Positions 46,107-60,239 of a stretch of 64,000 bases of DNA are shown here, one piece after another. A program made the translations under genes and the position numbers. Origin of the DNA: Klebsormidium nitens (Eukaryota > Plantae > Klebsormidiophyceae); assembly GCA_000708835.1 (NCBI GenBank), contig DF237379.1:1-64000 (forward strand), read 5' to 3'. The notes under the pieces were generated by a model, which saw nothing but the letters and a program-made list of their open reading frames with translations, ran no database searches and had not been told where the DNA came from. Position 1 is the stretch's first letter, and each line of letters opens with the position of its first letter.

Positions 46107-49100
46107 TTGGACAGTTCACCCTCAGGCCAGCGGTTGAGGGGTCCAAAGGCAGTCAGAGCTATCGCGGCCCCTATTGCAGCGCCGGACCTTAGTGATCCTG
46201 AGGAAAGGGAACGGTTGGCGAAGGAGTATGGTTTTGAGCAGATTGGGGCGCCAATTCCAAAGGGCGTGACGCTCAGGCAGGTGCAGAACTCGTTGCCGCC
46301 AGAGGTGAGAATCTCTTAGCTTGATTAGGGTTCAAAAATCTGAGGATCATCGTCGCTTGCTGGCGTTACTTTTCTGAATTGGAAAAGTTTGCATTTAAAA
46401 ACCAGACTTGGTTCATGGGACTAGACTTGATTCATGAAGAGTGGATTCTGCTTGTTAGAAGATCATGGTGAAGCAGATGCAGCTCTGTAGACTCCTTGGG
46501 GTCAACAGGGGTTCGAATGTGCTCTTCTAAAATACCCCCAATTTTGGTGTGGCTAGATGAAACATGCATGCATCAATCCAAGGCATCCTCTGCACATTTC
46601 GGCGCTCCTTTCTTGGCTCGTGGCGGTCTTCACTGGGGTAGTGGTTTTCCACATGAAGAGGATGAGTGTACGCAGTGAAGGGCTGGGTTGAATCCTCTGA
46701 GAACGAAGGGTCACTCAGCGTTCAACATCATGCCAACGGGTGCTTCTTGAAAGAACTCGCCTGAAGGCGGCCTGCTGACTGGCACCAATCCAGAATCAGA
46801 CCGCACTTAACCGCACTATGAAAGGGCCAATGAATGGTCACAGGACTTTTCCTCGCTTCTTTGCGCACTTTGGTGTATCACAAGTAAGCCTTTTAGCAAA
46901 GCTTCTTACATCTGCTACTGACATCTGCTAACAACTGCTAAGCAGTTCAATCCTCCATTCCCCAGGTTTTTGAGATCAACGAGCTGCGCTCGTACAGCGC
47001 CGTGCTGCTCACCGCGTGCGCGGTCGGCGCCAGCGTGTGGATGATTGCCAACTCCCCCTGGTACCTGCTTCCCCTCGTCTATGCCTACACCTCCGCCGCC
47101 TGGACCGGGGTGAGTGGCCTTTGAGTCTGGTTACTTCCCACTTTCCTTTTCCAGTTTCAATGCAGGCGGAGCCATACGTTATTGGGATTGTGAAAAAGCT
47201 CTGGAACCTTCGAATTGACAAAAGTAGAGCAGCCCCCTCGCCTGTCTCAATCAGAATGCTCATCAGCTCCTCCTTTCGTATCAGAAAGTTGAAGGGGAGA
47301 AAGTTGAAGAGCTTACGTTTTTGATTGGTCATGCCAGCTTCATGTGGCATTGATATCTTTCCAAGTCGGGCAACTGCACTGGGTTTGGCGAGGGGCATCC
47401 TCGTATTGGAATGTTGGATGGTGGAAATACACGTTCCTGGTGTGTCTCTGTGGTTTTTACGGTTTCTTTGCACGATTCTGTGATCCCCTCTGGATAGTCG
47501 ACCCTGACGTCGCCTTTGTTCTTTGCAGCTCTTTGTCATTGGCCATGACTGCGCCCACAAGTGCTTCTCAAAGAACAAGTTGATGGAGGATATAGTTGGC
47601 ACCCTCGCGTTTGCGCCCCTCCTCTACCCTTACGAGCCATGGCGCTTCAAGCACGACCGCCACCATGCGAAAACCAATATGTGAGGGGCCCGGCAGGACA
47701 GAAAGTTTTAGTCCATGTTTTTCCATTAGAGGCGACAGGCTTATGCAAGGAGCACTTTCGCAGGACACATCCATGCAGAGCAAGTCCGTGCTGTGGGGTG
47801 GGTTCAGTAGTGATGTCACTTCAGATTCTCACTAAGTTAACAAGCGGTGCATGACGCTTCTGTACACGTCTCCGTTGGCAGGGCAGTGGGGCTGTCGAAC
47901 AGCTTTATTCGTATCCCGTTTGCTTGCACCGACGCCTCTGGTCTCCTATCCCACTACATGGAATCATGCTCTGGCGATCATCAATACTGACGGGCTTTTG
48001 CTTCCTCTTGTCAGGCTCGTAGAGGACACCGCCTGGCATCCGATTGTGCGGGAAGACTGGGAGAAGTTCCCCGGAATTGCCCAGCTGGGCATGAGGCTAG
48101 CCATGGGGCCGCTCCGACCATGGGCTTCTATTGGACACCAGTACGCAGCCAGCCTTCCGTTCTTACGCTTCCTGAATATCTTCTTCCTGGACGTTTTGAG
48201 TTGTTAAAGTCGCTTCGTTTGTTCCTTGTCCTCCCATTGGTTCAGTAGTAGGTTGATTGGAGTGACCCGTGATGAGTGTCAAACCCTGCAACAGGGAATG
48301 GTGCAGACGAGTCTCGAACGCTTAATGGCATGGTGCAAAGATCGTTCTTAACTCGTTTCCGTTGTCGTGAGGTGAAGTGGCTACAGGCCTTCAAAGGAAT
48401 TGAGTCGGAAAGAGGCCGAGGTCGCTTCCTAACCGACAATCAGGGGCTTCACAATGTCAAGGGGACCAGACTTCCATTCTGTTTATCCAAGGAGAGGCGA
48501 GGGTTCTTTTGTCTTTACCCGTGACTGCTTGAGTGCGTCCGAACCGCGACTTTTGGCAAAGAAAGGCTGATAATCGTCTCCAAGATTGCCCTGTTCTTAG
48601 TCAGCTGCGGACAGGCAGGCTAGTTCCGGTTGTCGAGACATGGATGGTCAACTCCCCTGGACCGAAATCTATTATCACCAGCAGCTTCAATCTTCTAACC
48701 AACCCGTCTCTGTGTTTCCTTAGGATTCTTTGGCACTTCGACCTCAGAAAGTTCACCGCCAGCCAGCAGAACCGCGTCAAGATTAGCTTGGCGGCCGTCA
48801 CTGCTTTTGCCGCCATCGCCTTTCCGCTTATCGTTGCCCAGGCGGGTATCATGGGCTGGGTCAAATTCTGGCTGCTCCCGAACCTTGGTTTCCACTTCTG
48901 GGTAAGTCGGACGGGGCCTGGTTTTTTGATTGTCAAGAGCCTGAGGTAATTTCATGACTGTCGAGGGCCTGATTCGAAAGGGGGAAGCTGGCTTTCCTTT
49001 TATTTTTTGGATTCTTCGGCTGTGCGGTCCAGGCTGGGCTTCGACTTTGGAGTTAATCTGAATGGCACAGTCTTTTCGATCCAATTTTTGTTGGAGGTTT

Positions 49101-50926
49101 CTTTGAAAGTGACAATGTTTCGGCCAACTCGACGACTCTGCTCATTGCTGCTTTCCTGATTGAGCTACCGCTTTCGAGTTGGCACACGTTAAGAATGAGG
49201 AGATGCAGACTCTTGCCTTGACTTCGAGAGACTTTTTCAATGCGTTGGCTGCCTCCCAAGAACTCCACACTTAGTCTTTCCTCATCTTTTCCCACGTGGT
49301 TCTCAAGGCGGTCTGTAAGCTATTGGTCAGTAACAGTGATTGTTCAGTAACAGTGGTCCCAAGTACTGTCCCACGTACTGGTCGAAAGTACGTACGTTTG
49401 CGACAGCTGGCCATATCTGATGGTTTTCCTGCCCCGCAGATGAGCACTTTCACGATGGTCCACCACACGGCGCCCCACATCCCGTTCAAGGCCGCTGGCG
49501 AGTGGGACGGTGCCGCAGCGCAGCTCGGAGGCACCGTGCACTGCGACTATCCCAGATGGTGCGCCGTGCTGCTCTTTTTGCGTGTAGCTTCGAAGCTTCA
49601 GCATTTTTGCGTTTGCGCATTGCTTCCACATGCATAGCCGCCGTGACTGAAACGCTTTTGTAAGGATGCGGTTTTCCCTTCTTCGTCATTCCGAGGTCAG
49701 CCACTTCAATCTTCGTGTTTGGAGGGCGTTTGAGACAGACGACTTGCTATTGGAAAACTGGGAAACTGGTCGTTGAGGGTTAGTCTACTCCGCGAGTTCA
49801 CTTACAAACTTGGCAAGCGACAAAACTCTTAGCATCTGCTTTGAGGGCGCTCCTCAGAGGCACGCTGTCGTTGACATTGAGCTTCAGGGCACATTGACAG
49901 CTGTCTGATGGTGCATGGGTACCACATGGTTAGGGTCTCTCCATGGCATCAATCTGAGACTTCAGTTTCAGGATCTATTGCCTTTTTCGCTCTGGGAACG
50001 AGCGACACATGCTCACTCCGACCTTCAGCCTTTACCACCAAGCACGTGCCGGGTTTCTGATGTGTCTTCATGTCTGCAGGGTTGAGATTCTGTGCCACGA
50101 CATCAATGTACACATTCCGCACCACATCAGCCAGAGGATTCCGTGGTACAACCTGCGCAAGGCTAACGAGTCACTGCGGGCAAACTGGGGACAGGTGGGA
50201 AGGCGGCGCACAGTTTTGTTTTTCTGCACTTGGCTTTTTGAGAGGATTCGCGCGCATTAGGCCTTTTTGGGGTTTGAAAGTGGAAATTGAGGAAGTTGGT
50301 GTGTGGTTTTCTCTTTCCGTTGCGTCATGATCCAATTCAGCAGTCGGCCTCTGCCCCCCATGTCGTTAGAGAGCATATGTGGTGTTTCAAAGGGTCCCTG
50401 ACGAGGTAAAGAGCCCAACTTTTCAAAAAGGCTTTTAGTGACGAGTGCTCATGTCGGAGAGATTGGACTTTCCGTCAGTTGCCTTAAGGCTCACTCGAAC
50501 AAAGACCTTCGATTGACGGTCCACTCAGGTGCAAATTGAAAGCCGACCCAGAAACACTGCCGGTTCTGCTTAACCCTGCATGCCTCGTGACGGGTCTTGT
50601 ACAGATTACAAATGCTCTGCGTGAGCTCTCGGTGCTTTCTTTCTGCTTTGTTACCTTCTAATCTGTATAAACTAGGTGAGCGCGAAAAGCTGCTTGCAAG
50701 GGAGGAATATCTTCGTAGAGATACTCCAAACACAAAAAGCAGCCGTGATTCAACTGACTGATTTCCGCTATTGCAGTACTTGAACGAGGCGAAATGGAAC
50801 AAGACGCTGATGAAGTCCATCCTCAGCGTGTGCCACATCTACGATGAAGAGAAGAACTACGTCGCTTTCGATGAGGGTGCCAAGAGCGAGGATCCGATTT
50901 TCAAGGTCGTAAGAACCGTGCTTTAG
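46107..50926 (+). CDS. FAD6: Plastid omega-6 (delta-12) fatty acid desaturase; transit-peptide exon(s) upstream unresolved (possible ATG at 45517)
   Basis: Exons 46107-46304, 46966-47109, 47529-47680, 48015-48140, 48724-48901, 49440-49558, 50080-50194, 50777-50926 are in frame. Three His boxes HDCAH, HDRHH, HIPHH, plus [10 protein letters not shown] and [16 protein letters not shown]. Confidence 0.95.
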
Positions 50927-52076
50927 AGATCTTTCCCTTGGGGGGAGGTATTGTTGAACCAAACGAGTTGCAACCTCGCTTGTGGAAGCATTCAGAGTCA
51001 GGAAGTTGATAGAAAGAAGCAGCCACGAATTAGAAATTGTGTTGAAGTCAGTTTAAGCTTGTGTAAACTCCCTGCAAGTTGCACGATTGAGTTCAGAAGC
51101 ATGTATTTGTAACTTGCACTTGACAAGGTTAGTTTGCGGGTTGAGGTAGGTCGAATAACGAGAATTCTCTTCTCCAATTCTTTGCTCGGTCATTTTCCTG
51201 AGCTTGTTACAGAGTAAGTAGGTTCAAAGCTTCCAACCAATTGTTTAGAGGCGTTTCTTTCTCGGTATGGTTCCTGCCCGGTCAATCGCTCTGATCTTCA
51301 TGTGGTGCCTTTTCTATGTTCAATTCAAGTCAACGGCTGTGTCTATGCATTCATGGACGGTAAACCACATAAGCTTGGGGTTGAGACTCATATAGATAGT
51401 CAGTTTTGTCGCATGAGTGGGGACGTTGAATGGTCATGTACAACTTCGGTTCATGCAAGATTTGGAATCAAGCTGTCAATTGATTTAATCGTTTCCGACA
51501 TCTATATTTTGAAGTCAGTGGAGTTAACTATATTTAGAAGCCACGGGCCCGGGGTTTGACATCTTGAAACTGTTTGTTCTCTCACGTCGAGTGACTAAAG
51601 CTTCAAAGGCTTATGCATGATGTGTATGGTCACAATCTAACACCGTTATATATGGCCCGCGCATTGGACAGGGCGAGACATGCAGGCCAACAACGAGAGC
51701 ATTTCCATTGTGATAAAGTGAGATAATGCTTAAGTATTGAAAGTCTGAAGGATCGGTACTACAGGGCCGCGGGTCTGCAAATGACTGAATGCCAGTAGAT
51801 ATGTAAGAAGAAAGAAAAATGTCTCCATTGAGTTATCATTGTAGACTTTCCCAGGTAAGGTATGTAGGAATCTAAGCTAATACACTGAGAGATGAGCAAT
51901 CGAGCGCAACCGGCCTGTAAGTTAGCAAGTGCAATAGATCGTGAGCCGTAGGTTGGTTGTTCTTCCATCGAACGGCTCGGAGTCCCGCATGCTATGGACT
52001 CAGCCTTTTTGAACTTAGAGTTCCCACCGTCGATGGTGTTCTGTACCCAGTAGCAGCTTTCTGTCCGTCGATTCGG

Positions 52077-52121
52077 CGAAGTTTCGAGACGTTTTGCCGC
52101 CTTGAAAGTTCTAGAGGTCTC
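52077..52121 (+). promoter_or_regulatory. Candidate heat-shock elements upstream of HSP70
   Basis: Two alternating nGAAn arrays: GAAgtTTCgaGAC (52078-52090) and GAAagTTCtaGAGgtCTC (52104-52121), ~450-490 bp upstream of the HSP70 ATG. Confidence 0.5.
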
Positions 52122-52566
52122 AAGTCGACTCCACAGGTCTCCAGACCCTGCCGACAATGCTGTGTCAGCAAGTGCAGTCCGCTAGAGATGCACATGACCA
52201 ATTCAGAGCAAAGGAGGGGGTGTGAAGGAAGGTAGAATGCCCCCCCGCTTCAGAATTGTCTGCAACCGACACTGATACGTAAAGCAGATCTCACTTCGAC
52301 GCGATATCTTTCGAATGCATGTTCCAGTCACAGTGACAGGGCTGTCGTCTACTGAAGCAAGAAGAAGCCTGCGCGTCGAATAACAAGCCTGTCGCTAGGA
52401 GCAAGCATCTCCGCAGAGCTCTGTGAAAGGGGTGGGTTGTGCGAGGGGATTCCTCATTCCAGCGACTTTCTGACGCGCATCTGACAAGCGTACGAGCCGC
52501 CTTCTAACGCGAGCGAAAGCAGGGAGTACAGCAAAGCAAAGCTAGCACAGGCAAGAAGCTGCAGCA

Positions 52567-55500
52567 ATGGCAGGAAAGGGAGAGGGTCCCGCTGTCGGGA
52601 TCGATCTTGGCACCACATACAGTTGTGTTGGTGTGTGGCAGCATGATCGTGTTGAGGTATGCAATTCCTCCACCATCTTTATCCGTTATGTTGTGTAGAT
52701 CCTTCTGGAGGCTTGTATCAGTAGTGCTGTCAATAGATCTGCCATTTGATCAAAGATTCTCGGCAACTGGTAACGGATAGTATTGTTCTTCTATCTTTAT
52801 CTGTCTTTGTCTTGACGCTTTGAGCTTTCACTGCTCATCTCTTTGCTGTTTGTCTTCCATCTGTGGTTGATTGTCTTATTGTGGATCAGTATATCTGACA
52901 ATAGTTCTTTGGTTCTTTTGCAGATCATTGCCAACGACCAGGGAAACAGGACAACACCCTCCTATGTCGCCTTCACAGATACTGAGAGGTTGATTGGTGA
53001 TGCCGCCAAGAACCAGGTTGCCATGAACCCCACCAACACCGTGTTTGATGCCAAGCGGTTGATTGGCAGGAAGTTCTCTGATCCCTCTGTTCAGAGTGAC
53101 ATCAAGTTGTGGCCTTTTGAGGTTGTTCCTGGGGCCGCTGACAAGCCCATGATCAACGTCATGCACAAGGGGGAGAAGAAGCAGTTTGCTGCAGAAGAGG
53201 TGTCCTCCATGGTGTTGGTGAAGATGAAGGAGATTGCCGAGGCCTACCTGGGAAGCACAATCAAGAACGCCGTTGTTACAGTCCCCGCCTACTTCAATGA
53301 TTCTCAAAGACAGGCCACGAAGGATGCAGGTAAGGGTGCTTCTCTTACTTGAATGGCAGCTACGCACAGATCTGCTTATTGCGGGTCAAGTGCTGCAACT
53401 CGCACTCTTCTTCAGCATGTTGGAGAACAACTACTTGCTTCCTGCTCTTGGCAGTTCCCTCCATCTTGATAAAGCGATTTTGTTCTGGCAAATGATTGAG
53501 TGATGCTTGTGAGCAAAGGGTTGACCAAGAGATTGTTGGTGCATACTTTTGAGCTCAGGTCAACATCTCTAGTTGTAATCTGAGGTGATATCATGTAACA
53601 TGTAAGTTTTGCTGAGATCTATGTATCTTGTCTCCTCTCTGATGGACACCGCTGCTTGCTTAGTTATTCACAATCTCCAAATCGCTTTTGCAGGTGTCAT
53701 CGCTGGTCTGAACGTCATGCGTATCATCAACGAGCCGACGGCAGCCGCGATCGCCTATGGCTTGGACAAGAAGTCTACCAGCCAAGGAGAGAAGAACGTC
53801 ATGATCTTTGATTTGGGGGGTGGTACATTCGATGTGTCCCTGCTGACAATCGAGGAGGGTATCTTTGAGGTCAAGTCCACGTCAGGAGATACACATCTGG
53901 GAGGAGAGGATTTCGACAACAGGATGGTCAACCACTTTGTTCAGGAGTTCAAGAGGAAGTACAAGAAGGATATTAGTGGTAACGCCAGGGCTCTGAGGAG
54001 GCTGAGGACGTCATGCGAGCGCGCTAAGCGGACCCTGTCTTCTACAGCTCAGACCACCATCGAAATCGACTCACTGTTCGAGGGGATTGACTTCTACTCA
54101 ACCATTACCAGGGCCAGATTCGAGGAGTTGAACATGGACATGTTCAGGTACGTCTCCTGTTGAGCTGACTTAGGGTTGTTCAGTACGTTCCCAAATTCCT
54201 TTCCTAGCAGGTTTTACAGTTGCTGAATACTCTGCAGTTTGAATGTTTGAAAGCTTCGCCTTGTACACTGTTTAGATCTGTTGTTGTTTTCTGCTTGTGT
54301 TGTGTCGATATTGTCTGGCTGATTGCAAGCCCGTAGTTCTTGTGGTGAAAGTGCTTTTTCTGAGAAAGTCTCCCTGTCCTGGGAAAGTTCTATCTGGTGG
54401 TAATTTTGGTTCGGATGGTGGTCCGGTTCAATCTGTTTCATGTAGTGTGCATGGCTTACAAGTTGCCTTCTTTGCCGCTAGTTTGTACTTTTTTACATGT
54501 TATTGATGTTATTTGAGGTGACTGCTTCTATTTGTGATTGTGCTTTAAGTGCAATGTGACGAGTTCCCAATTCTGACCAACCTACTTTCTTTCTCCAGGA
54601 AGTGCATGGACCCCGTCGAGAAGTGCTTGAGGGACGCCAAGATGGACAAGGCCCAGGTGCACGAGGTCGTCCTGGTCGGTGGCTCCACCCGTATCCCCAA
54701 GGTCCAGCAGCTGCTCCAGGACTTCTTCAATGGCAAGGAGCTGTGCAAGAGCATCAACCCCGACGAGGCTGTTGCCTACGGTGCTGCCGTCCAGGCCGCT
54801 ATCCTCAGCGGTGAGGGCAATGAGAAGGTGCAGGACCTGCTGCTCCTCGACGTCACCCCCTTGTCCCTGGGTCTGGAGACCGCTGGCGGTGTCATGACCG
54901 TCCTGATCCCCAGGAACACCACCATCCCCACCAAGAAGGAGCAGGTCTTCTCCACCTACTCTGACAACCAGCCCGGCGTGCTCATTCAGGTATGGCACTT
55001 TGTCCTTATTCGTAAACCGTGGATCTTAGAAGCTGCAGGAAGGGTGCCAGTTCATTGTTGGGGAGGCTTACTCAGATGTCAGGGCTGCTTGCCCTGTTGT
55101 TGGTATCTTCTGGGATTGGGTTCTGCTTATGCAGCTATTAGGGTTTTGAGATGACCCTTCACCTTGGCCGCTATTGTGGTTTCATAGGACTTGTTCTCTG
55201 CTGTGTTTTGGCCTGTTGATTCTTAAGAAGAGTCCTGTAATAGGCAACTCAGCTGGTGGCATAAGTAGCTGGTGGTGATTTTGATAGCCATGACTGACCT
55301 TCTGACCTTTTGATAAATCTTGCAGGTCTATGAGGGTGAGAGGTCAAGGACAAGGGACAACAACCTCCTGGGCAAGTTCGAGCTTTCTGGCATCCCCCCC
55401 GCTCCCCGTGGTGTGCCCCAGATCAACGTCTGCTTCGATATTGATGGTGAGTGAACTTTTACTGTTGGCCAGATTTTCTGAGCTTGAGCTCACGCGTGGA

Positions 55501-56969
55501 CAGGGGTTGGTTGTCGAGCTCGTGTTATATGCTTTTGAGTTCCTTTTGAGGTTTGATGCTTTGTCTTTCTCTAGGTTGTGGTCAATGAAGCTTCGGATTA
55601 GATTACTGACCAGACATAGTCTCTGTCTTAGTTTGGGTTGAGCTTGGTTCTCAAACTTTCCCTTCTGTCATGCAGCCAATGGTATCCTGAACGTGTCTGC
55701 TGAGGACAAGACGACCGGACAGAAGAACAAGATCACCATCACCAATGACAAGGGCAGGCTGAGCAAGGAGGAGATTGAGAAGATGGTCCAGGACGCTGAG
55801 AAGTACAAGGCAGAGGATGAGGAGCACAAGAAGAAGGTAAGTGACCACTTCGGGTCTCCGTTCCCACTTGTTCTTTTGCCCATTTGCTGGAGCTCGTACA
55901 TGGCAATATACATGGGCAAAGGGCAGGGAACGGAAGGCCCTGTATGTGTATACGTTGTACTGGGGGCACTGGTTTTGCTGTCAGGTACTCCGTTGCAGGA
56001 AGTTTCTTTTGATGTTATCAGATGGCTGGTCCAGCTGGTGGTTGGGGGGGAGACTATGCAGACTGGTCAGATGCTTAGGTGAGCGGAGTTCTACTTGATG
56101 TGAGTTCCTGGTTATTTTTGTCTTGTGAAAGTGAAAGCTTACCCGTTTTGTCTTCTTGGACACAGGTTGAGCACAAGAATGCCCTTGAGAACTATGCCTA
56201 CAACATGAGGAACACCATCAAGGACGACAAGATTGCCGGCAAGATCGACGCCGCCGACAAGGAGAAGATCGAGACGGCTGTCGATGGTGTCATCGAGTGG
56301 CTCGACCATGTAAGTGCACTTGTCATGTCGCTATTCTTTAGCAAGTGTGTTTGTTCTTTGTTTGAAGTTGCCTTTGAAGACACCTCGCTATCTTGTGCTG
56401 ACACAGGCGGGAGTCTTGTGTTTCGCCTTTGAATTTCGGATCTTGCACGAGATGTCTTTTGGAGTGCACTAGGCACCCTGAACGAGGGCTGTAGGATTTT
56501 TCACTGTCTAATTCCCGACGTGGGAGTTTGCTCGAGAGTTGAGGTTTTCTGTCTTATGTATAAGCCAGAAACTTGTCTGTTTGCATGTTTGGAGGTGTAC
56601 CTACCTTGGCTCGAAGGGTGTTTGATTGTGTGTGATCAGAGTGTTAATCTTTTCTCTCCCCTGAGATATTGGCCGAAAATCTGCTTGTTTGGCGATGTAC
56701 TTGAGTTCAGAAACGTGTTTCTTTGTTTTCTGATCAATGTATTGATCTAGTTCTTGTTTTTTGACATCCTGCAGAACCAACTGGCGGAGGCTGACGAGTT
56801 CGAGGACAAGATGAAGGAGCTCGAGGGCATCTGCAACCCCATCATCTCCAAGATGTACCAGGGTGGCGGTGCTGCCCCTGGCGGAGGTGCTGAGTACGAT
56901 GATGGTGCTGATGCTGGCGCCCATGCCGGCTCCACTGGTCCTGGCCCCAAGATCGAGGAGGTCGACTAG
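52567..56969 (+). CDS. HSP70: Cytosolic heat shock protein 70, 8 exons, ~653 aa
   Basis: Exons 52567-52656, 52924-53329, 53694-54147, 54599-54989, 55326-55446, 55676-55836, 56166-56309, 56775-56969. Motifs [35 protein letters not shown]; cytosolic C-terminus GPKIEEVD. Confidence 0.98.
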
Positions 56970-58050
56970 ATTCGCTGTTAGACGCAGACTGTAGTGTTTG
57001 GGTAGAGTCATGAGTATGGACTGATTGCAAGAACGTAATAAGCGCGCGCACAGTGACAGCTTTTGCACTGTACGGACAGTTGCCTGGCCCCATAGTAATT
57101 GTTGCAATCCACAGTCGCAAGGTGTTGTGACCGTCCACCTCTTCATGTGATTGTTGCTTGTCTAGGTCCGGAACTTCGTTGGGATACGATTCATGTGCAT
57201 GCGATGGGATTCCGCCCCATTCGGTTGTGCGCAGCTGAAAAGCATTTTTAGCTGCCGCATTGAATTGCCCTTGCCGTTAGAGTTGTTCTAGAGATCATGG
57301 AATGCCGGGTATTCTTAATGTAGTTCTCGAATGCAGTGAAGCTTTTCAAAAAGCTTCAACCGTTTCAGAACTGCATGATACTGCTTGAATAATTGCCAAT
57401 GCATCAGGACAGGTGTAGCATACTTGATGTAGATTCATGCAAGAAAGTGTATTCGAGCCTGGAACTTAGCATATGTTGCTGACTGTGGATCTGGTAATCG
57501 TTGCATCTACAACGTTTCAGCTTCAGTATAGTACTGGTGTACATCATGAGCTGAAACAATTAGTGTGAGGGTGTGCGGCAACTCAAACGTCTGGCAAGTT
57601 CAAGTGGGCGTAGGGCATGCATGGACACCCCAAGGCCACCGACGGCGATGGGGCCCCGAAATAGCCGAACTTGCAATCGGGTCCGTTGAAAAAGGACTCA
57701 GATGCACGGAGTAGGCATTTCCGGAGCTTTGAAATCGGACGCCCACTTTAAGAGCAATCTTTCCTGTAGACTACCCCGGTACTCAGTCTGGGTGTGTGCC
57801 CGGGCTTCATTTTTTGAGCACGGACCTCCTGTTTACATCATCAGGTACCAAGCTAGTCTGTCTTTTGAAGTGGCAGACACTTCGCTTGCTAGAGAAGCAC
57901 ATCCTTGTAAACTGTTCGATTGCACCATTCATCGACTACCCAAGCGTGTCCCCTGTTCCCCGAGCATGTTCCCGGTGAGGAAACGTCAAACATGCAGTGG
58001 CTAATTCTACGTCACTACAATAATGTACAGTCCTAACTGAAAATCGAAAC

Positions 58051-60239
58051 TCAAGTAGGCCCATCAGGCGGCCCCCTGCCATCCACGAATGGTGCATCAG
58101 GCAACACGGGCCCTCTCCGTCGCTGCACTGCGTCCGGCAACTTTGGCGCTGGCACACTAGCGCCGTCCTTTGACCCCACAACATCCGGCTGCATGTCTTC
58201 AAAGCTCAGATCGAACGACCGAATCTGCTCGCCGTCACTGTCAAAGTAAAACTCCTTGTTCTCGTACTCGGTCTGGATGTCGAACTCGGGCTTCACCCGC
58301 CGGACCGGCACGCTGACGCTGTAGATGGTCCCCAGATTGGGATCCGTCGTGATGTTCAGGTCCACCTTGTCCTCCTGCAAACAGAGGCGAAAGTCGTATA
58401 AGCCATTTGGAAAAAGGGCGTCCGCTATGAAAGGCAGTGGCATCAGAGTCTTGAAAGTGGCAACAAGCACACGATTGTGTTCAGAACGTCAACGGACGGT
58501 ATCAAGACCGTGATCCCTGCCTTCAGCTAGCGGCCAAGAATGACGAGTTCCACTCTCTCTGGTCGCCGGTACATCACAAACTCGAGTATGCCCTCATCTA
58601 TCATTTGCCAAAGGCACAAGTCAAGACCCGCCCTCAGTCGGAATGGCAAACAGGCTGGACCACAGTTTCATGATGACGCACCAGGTGGCAAATCGTACTC
58701 AACCTGATAAGTCAGTTCGTGTTTTGCGTGCTGACCATCGACCTCTAAAGCGTACGGACCCATTTGCAAATATGCAACTCGTAAAGGTAACTTCAGCCTG
58801 TTGACATTTGACTGCCCTCTGACCACCCTCTAAAGACGCATGACTATGGTTTAAACAGTTCTCTTATTCCGGCTTCTGGAAGAGATCCGGGGCTTCAAAG
58901 GGCCCAAAAGGCCCCTGAGAAACCAGCTGAGTATCTTTAACTGCAAAGATCAGCCACGTTTCGAACGTACTGGCGCAGTGCACCATGCATTTCCTAACCA
59001 GATTCAAAACTAGGGGGGGGAGGAAACGACTGCTACCCAACCCTCGATGCACAAGTTGCGCACTAGCTGGGCTCTCAGCTGTCAATGCCCATAGCCTCTG
59101 ACAATTGCCCAACAAGCCCCTTTTCATTTGAAGAGTTCTTGCTCATACAAACAGGCCAAGCACGGTCTTCTCGACGAAGGACAGCCTGTTAGTGACTACG
59201 AATCTAAATAAATGTGGCCAGCTTTTCACCTGCTCAATCTCCACAAAGTTGGACAGCGACTCCACGATCGCCTTCTTGATCTGCGACACCGACGTGGGCG
59301 ACACGCTGCAGCGGTCGGCCACCAGAATCATTCGCAGCCGCTGCTTTGCGCGCTGCCGCGGGGCCTCCTGGACCTGCACAAGCGTGAAATGTCTCTTTTG
59401 TCGGCTTTTGTGGAAGTTGAATCCTTCAATTGTTGATTTTTTAAGTTATGGACTTGTGAGAGAAGACCGCTCAAAGCTGGACATTTGATGGTGCCGACGT
59501 GGCATTTTCTGGATGTGCTCTCACCCCAACCCGTGCGACAGCAACTTGCTGAAATCGGTGACTGAAGTGAACCAGAAAGAGATGCTTTAGGGTCGTACAT
59601 CCTGGCAGCCTGACCGCCTGGATTGCATCCATGCTTCTGGACGGGATTGTGAAAAAGCCAACATAAGTCACAGTGCACAGGAATCCTCCCTCAGCATTTC
59701 TTAAGTTCGTTACAGACTTGAGAGCAGATCATAAGGTATTCCACCAAAGGAGCCAGCTTCGGAAAGACCAAGACAAGGTGACTGCACAGAGAAGCTGCAG
59801 CAAACCGTTGGCGAGCCCAGTACCATGCAGAACCAAGCCCACAGCCGGCTCAAACAAGCTGGCTCTATGCAAGGATTGTCACAATGAAGCACAGATGGAA
59901 GTAGTCCAGAGTACAAACCTGGGCTGGGGGGAAGAAGATCTCAAACGCCGCAACTAGCTTCTCCCAGAAGGACCTAGGGGGCCGGTCCTCCTCTAGCGCC
60001 GCTTCCGCGACCTCAGGCTTGGGCTTTGCAGCCTTGCGCCCAGTGCTGGCCTGTGCTGGGGAATGCTTTCCGGAGACAGAGTGTGGGGGTTCGGGGTTTC
60101 TGGGGAAGTGCAGACACTTGAGGCCGGAGTGTGTGGCGAAATGGATCCTCAGAGGATGCCGGAGGGAGGGCAACCCATCCTGCAAATAGGCGGCGGAAGA
60201 GTTAGCGGTGCAGACTGGAAGTACGTAAGTGGCATACAT
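58051..60239 (-). CDS. MinE: Plastid division topological specificity factor MinE, 3 exons
   Basis: Exons 60239-59919, 59373-59230, 58374-58051. Transit-peptide-like N-terminus, then AKQRLRMILVADRC, LSNFVEIE and LGTIYSVSVPVRRVKPE, typical of plant MinE1. Confidence 0.92.

Noticed and set aside
54582-54998. 138 aa minus-strand ORF opposite HSP70
   Set aside because: The well-known antisense open frame produced by HSP70 codon bias.
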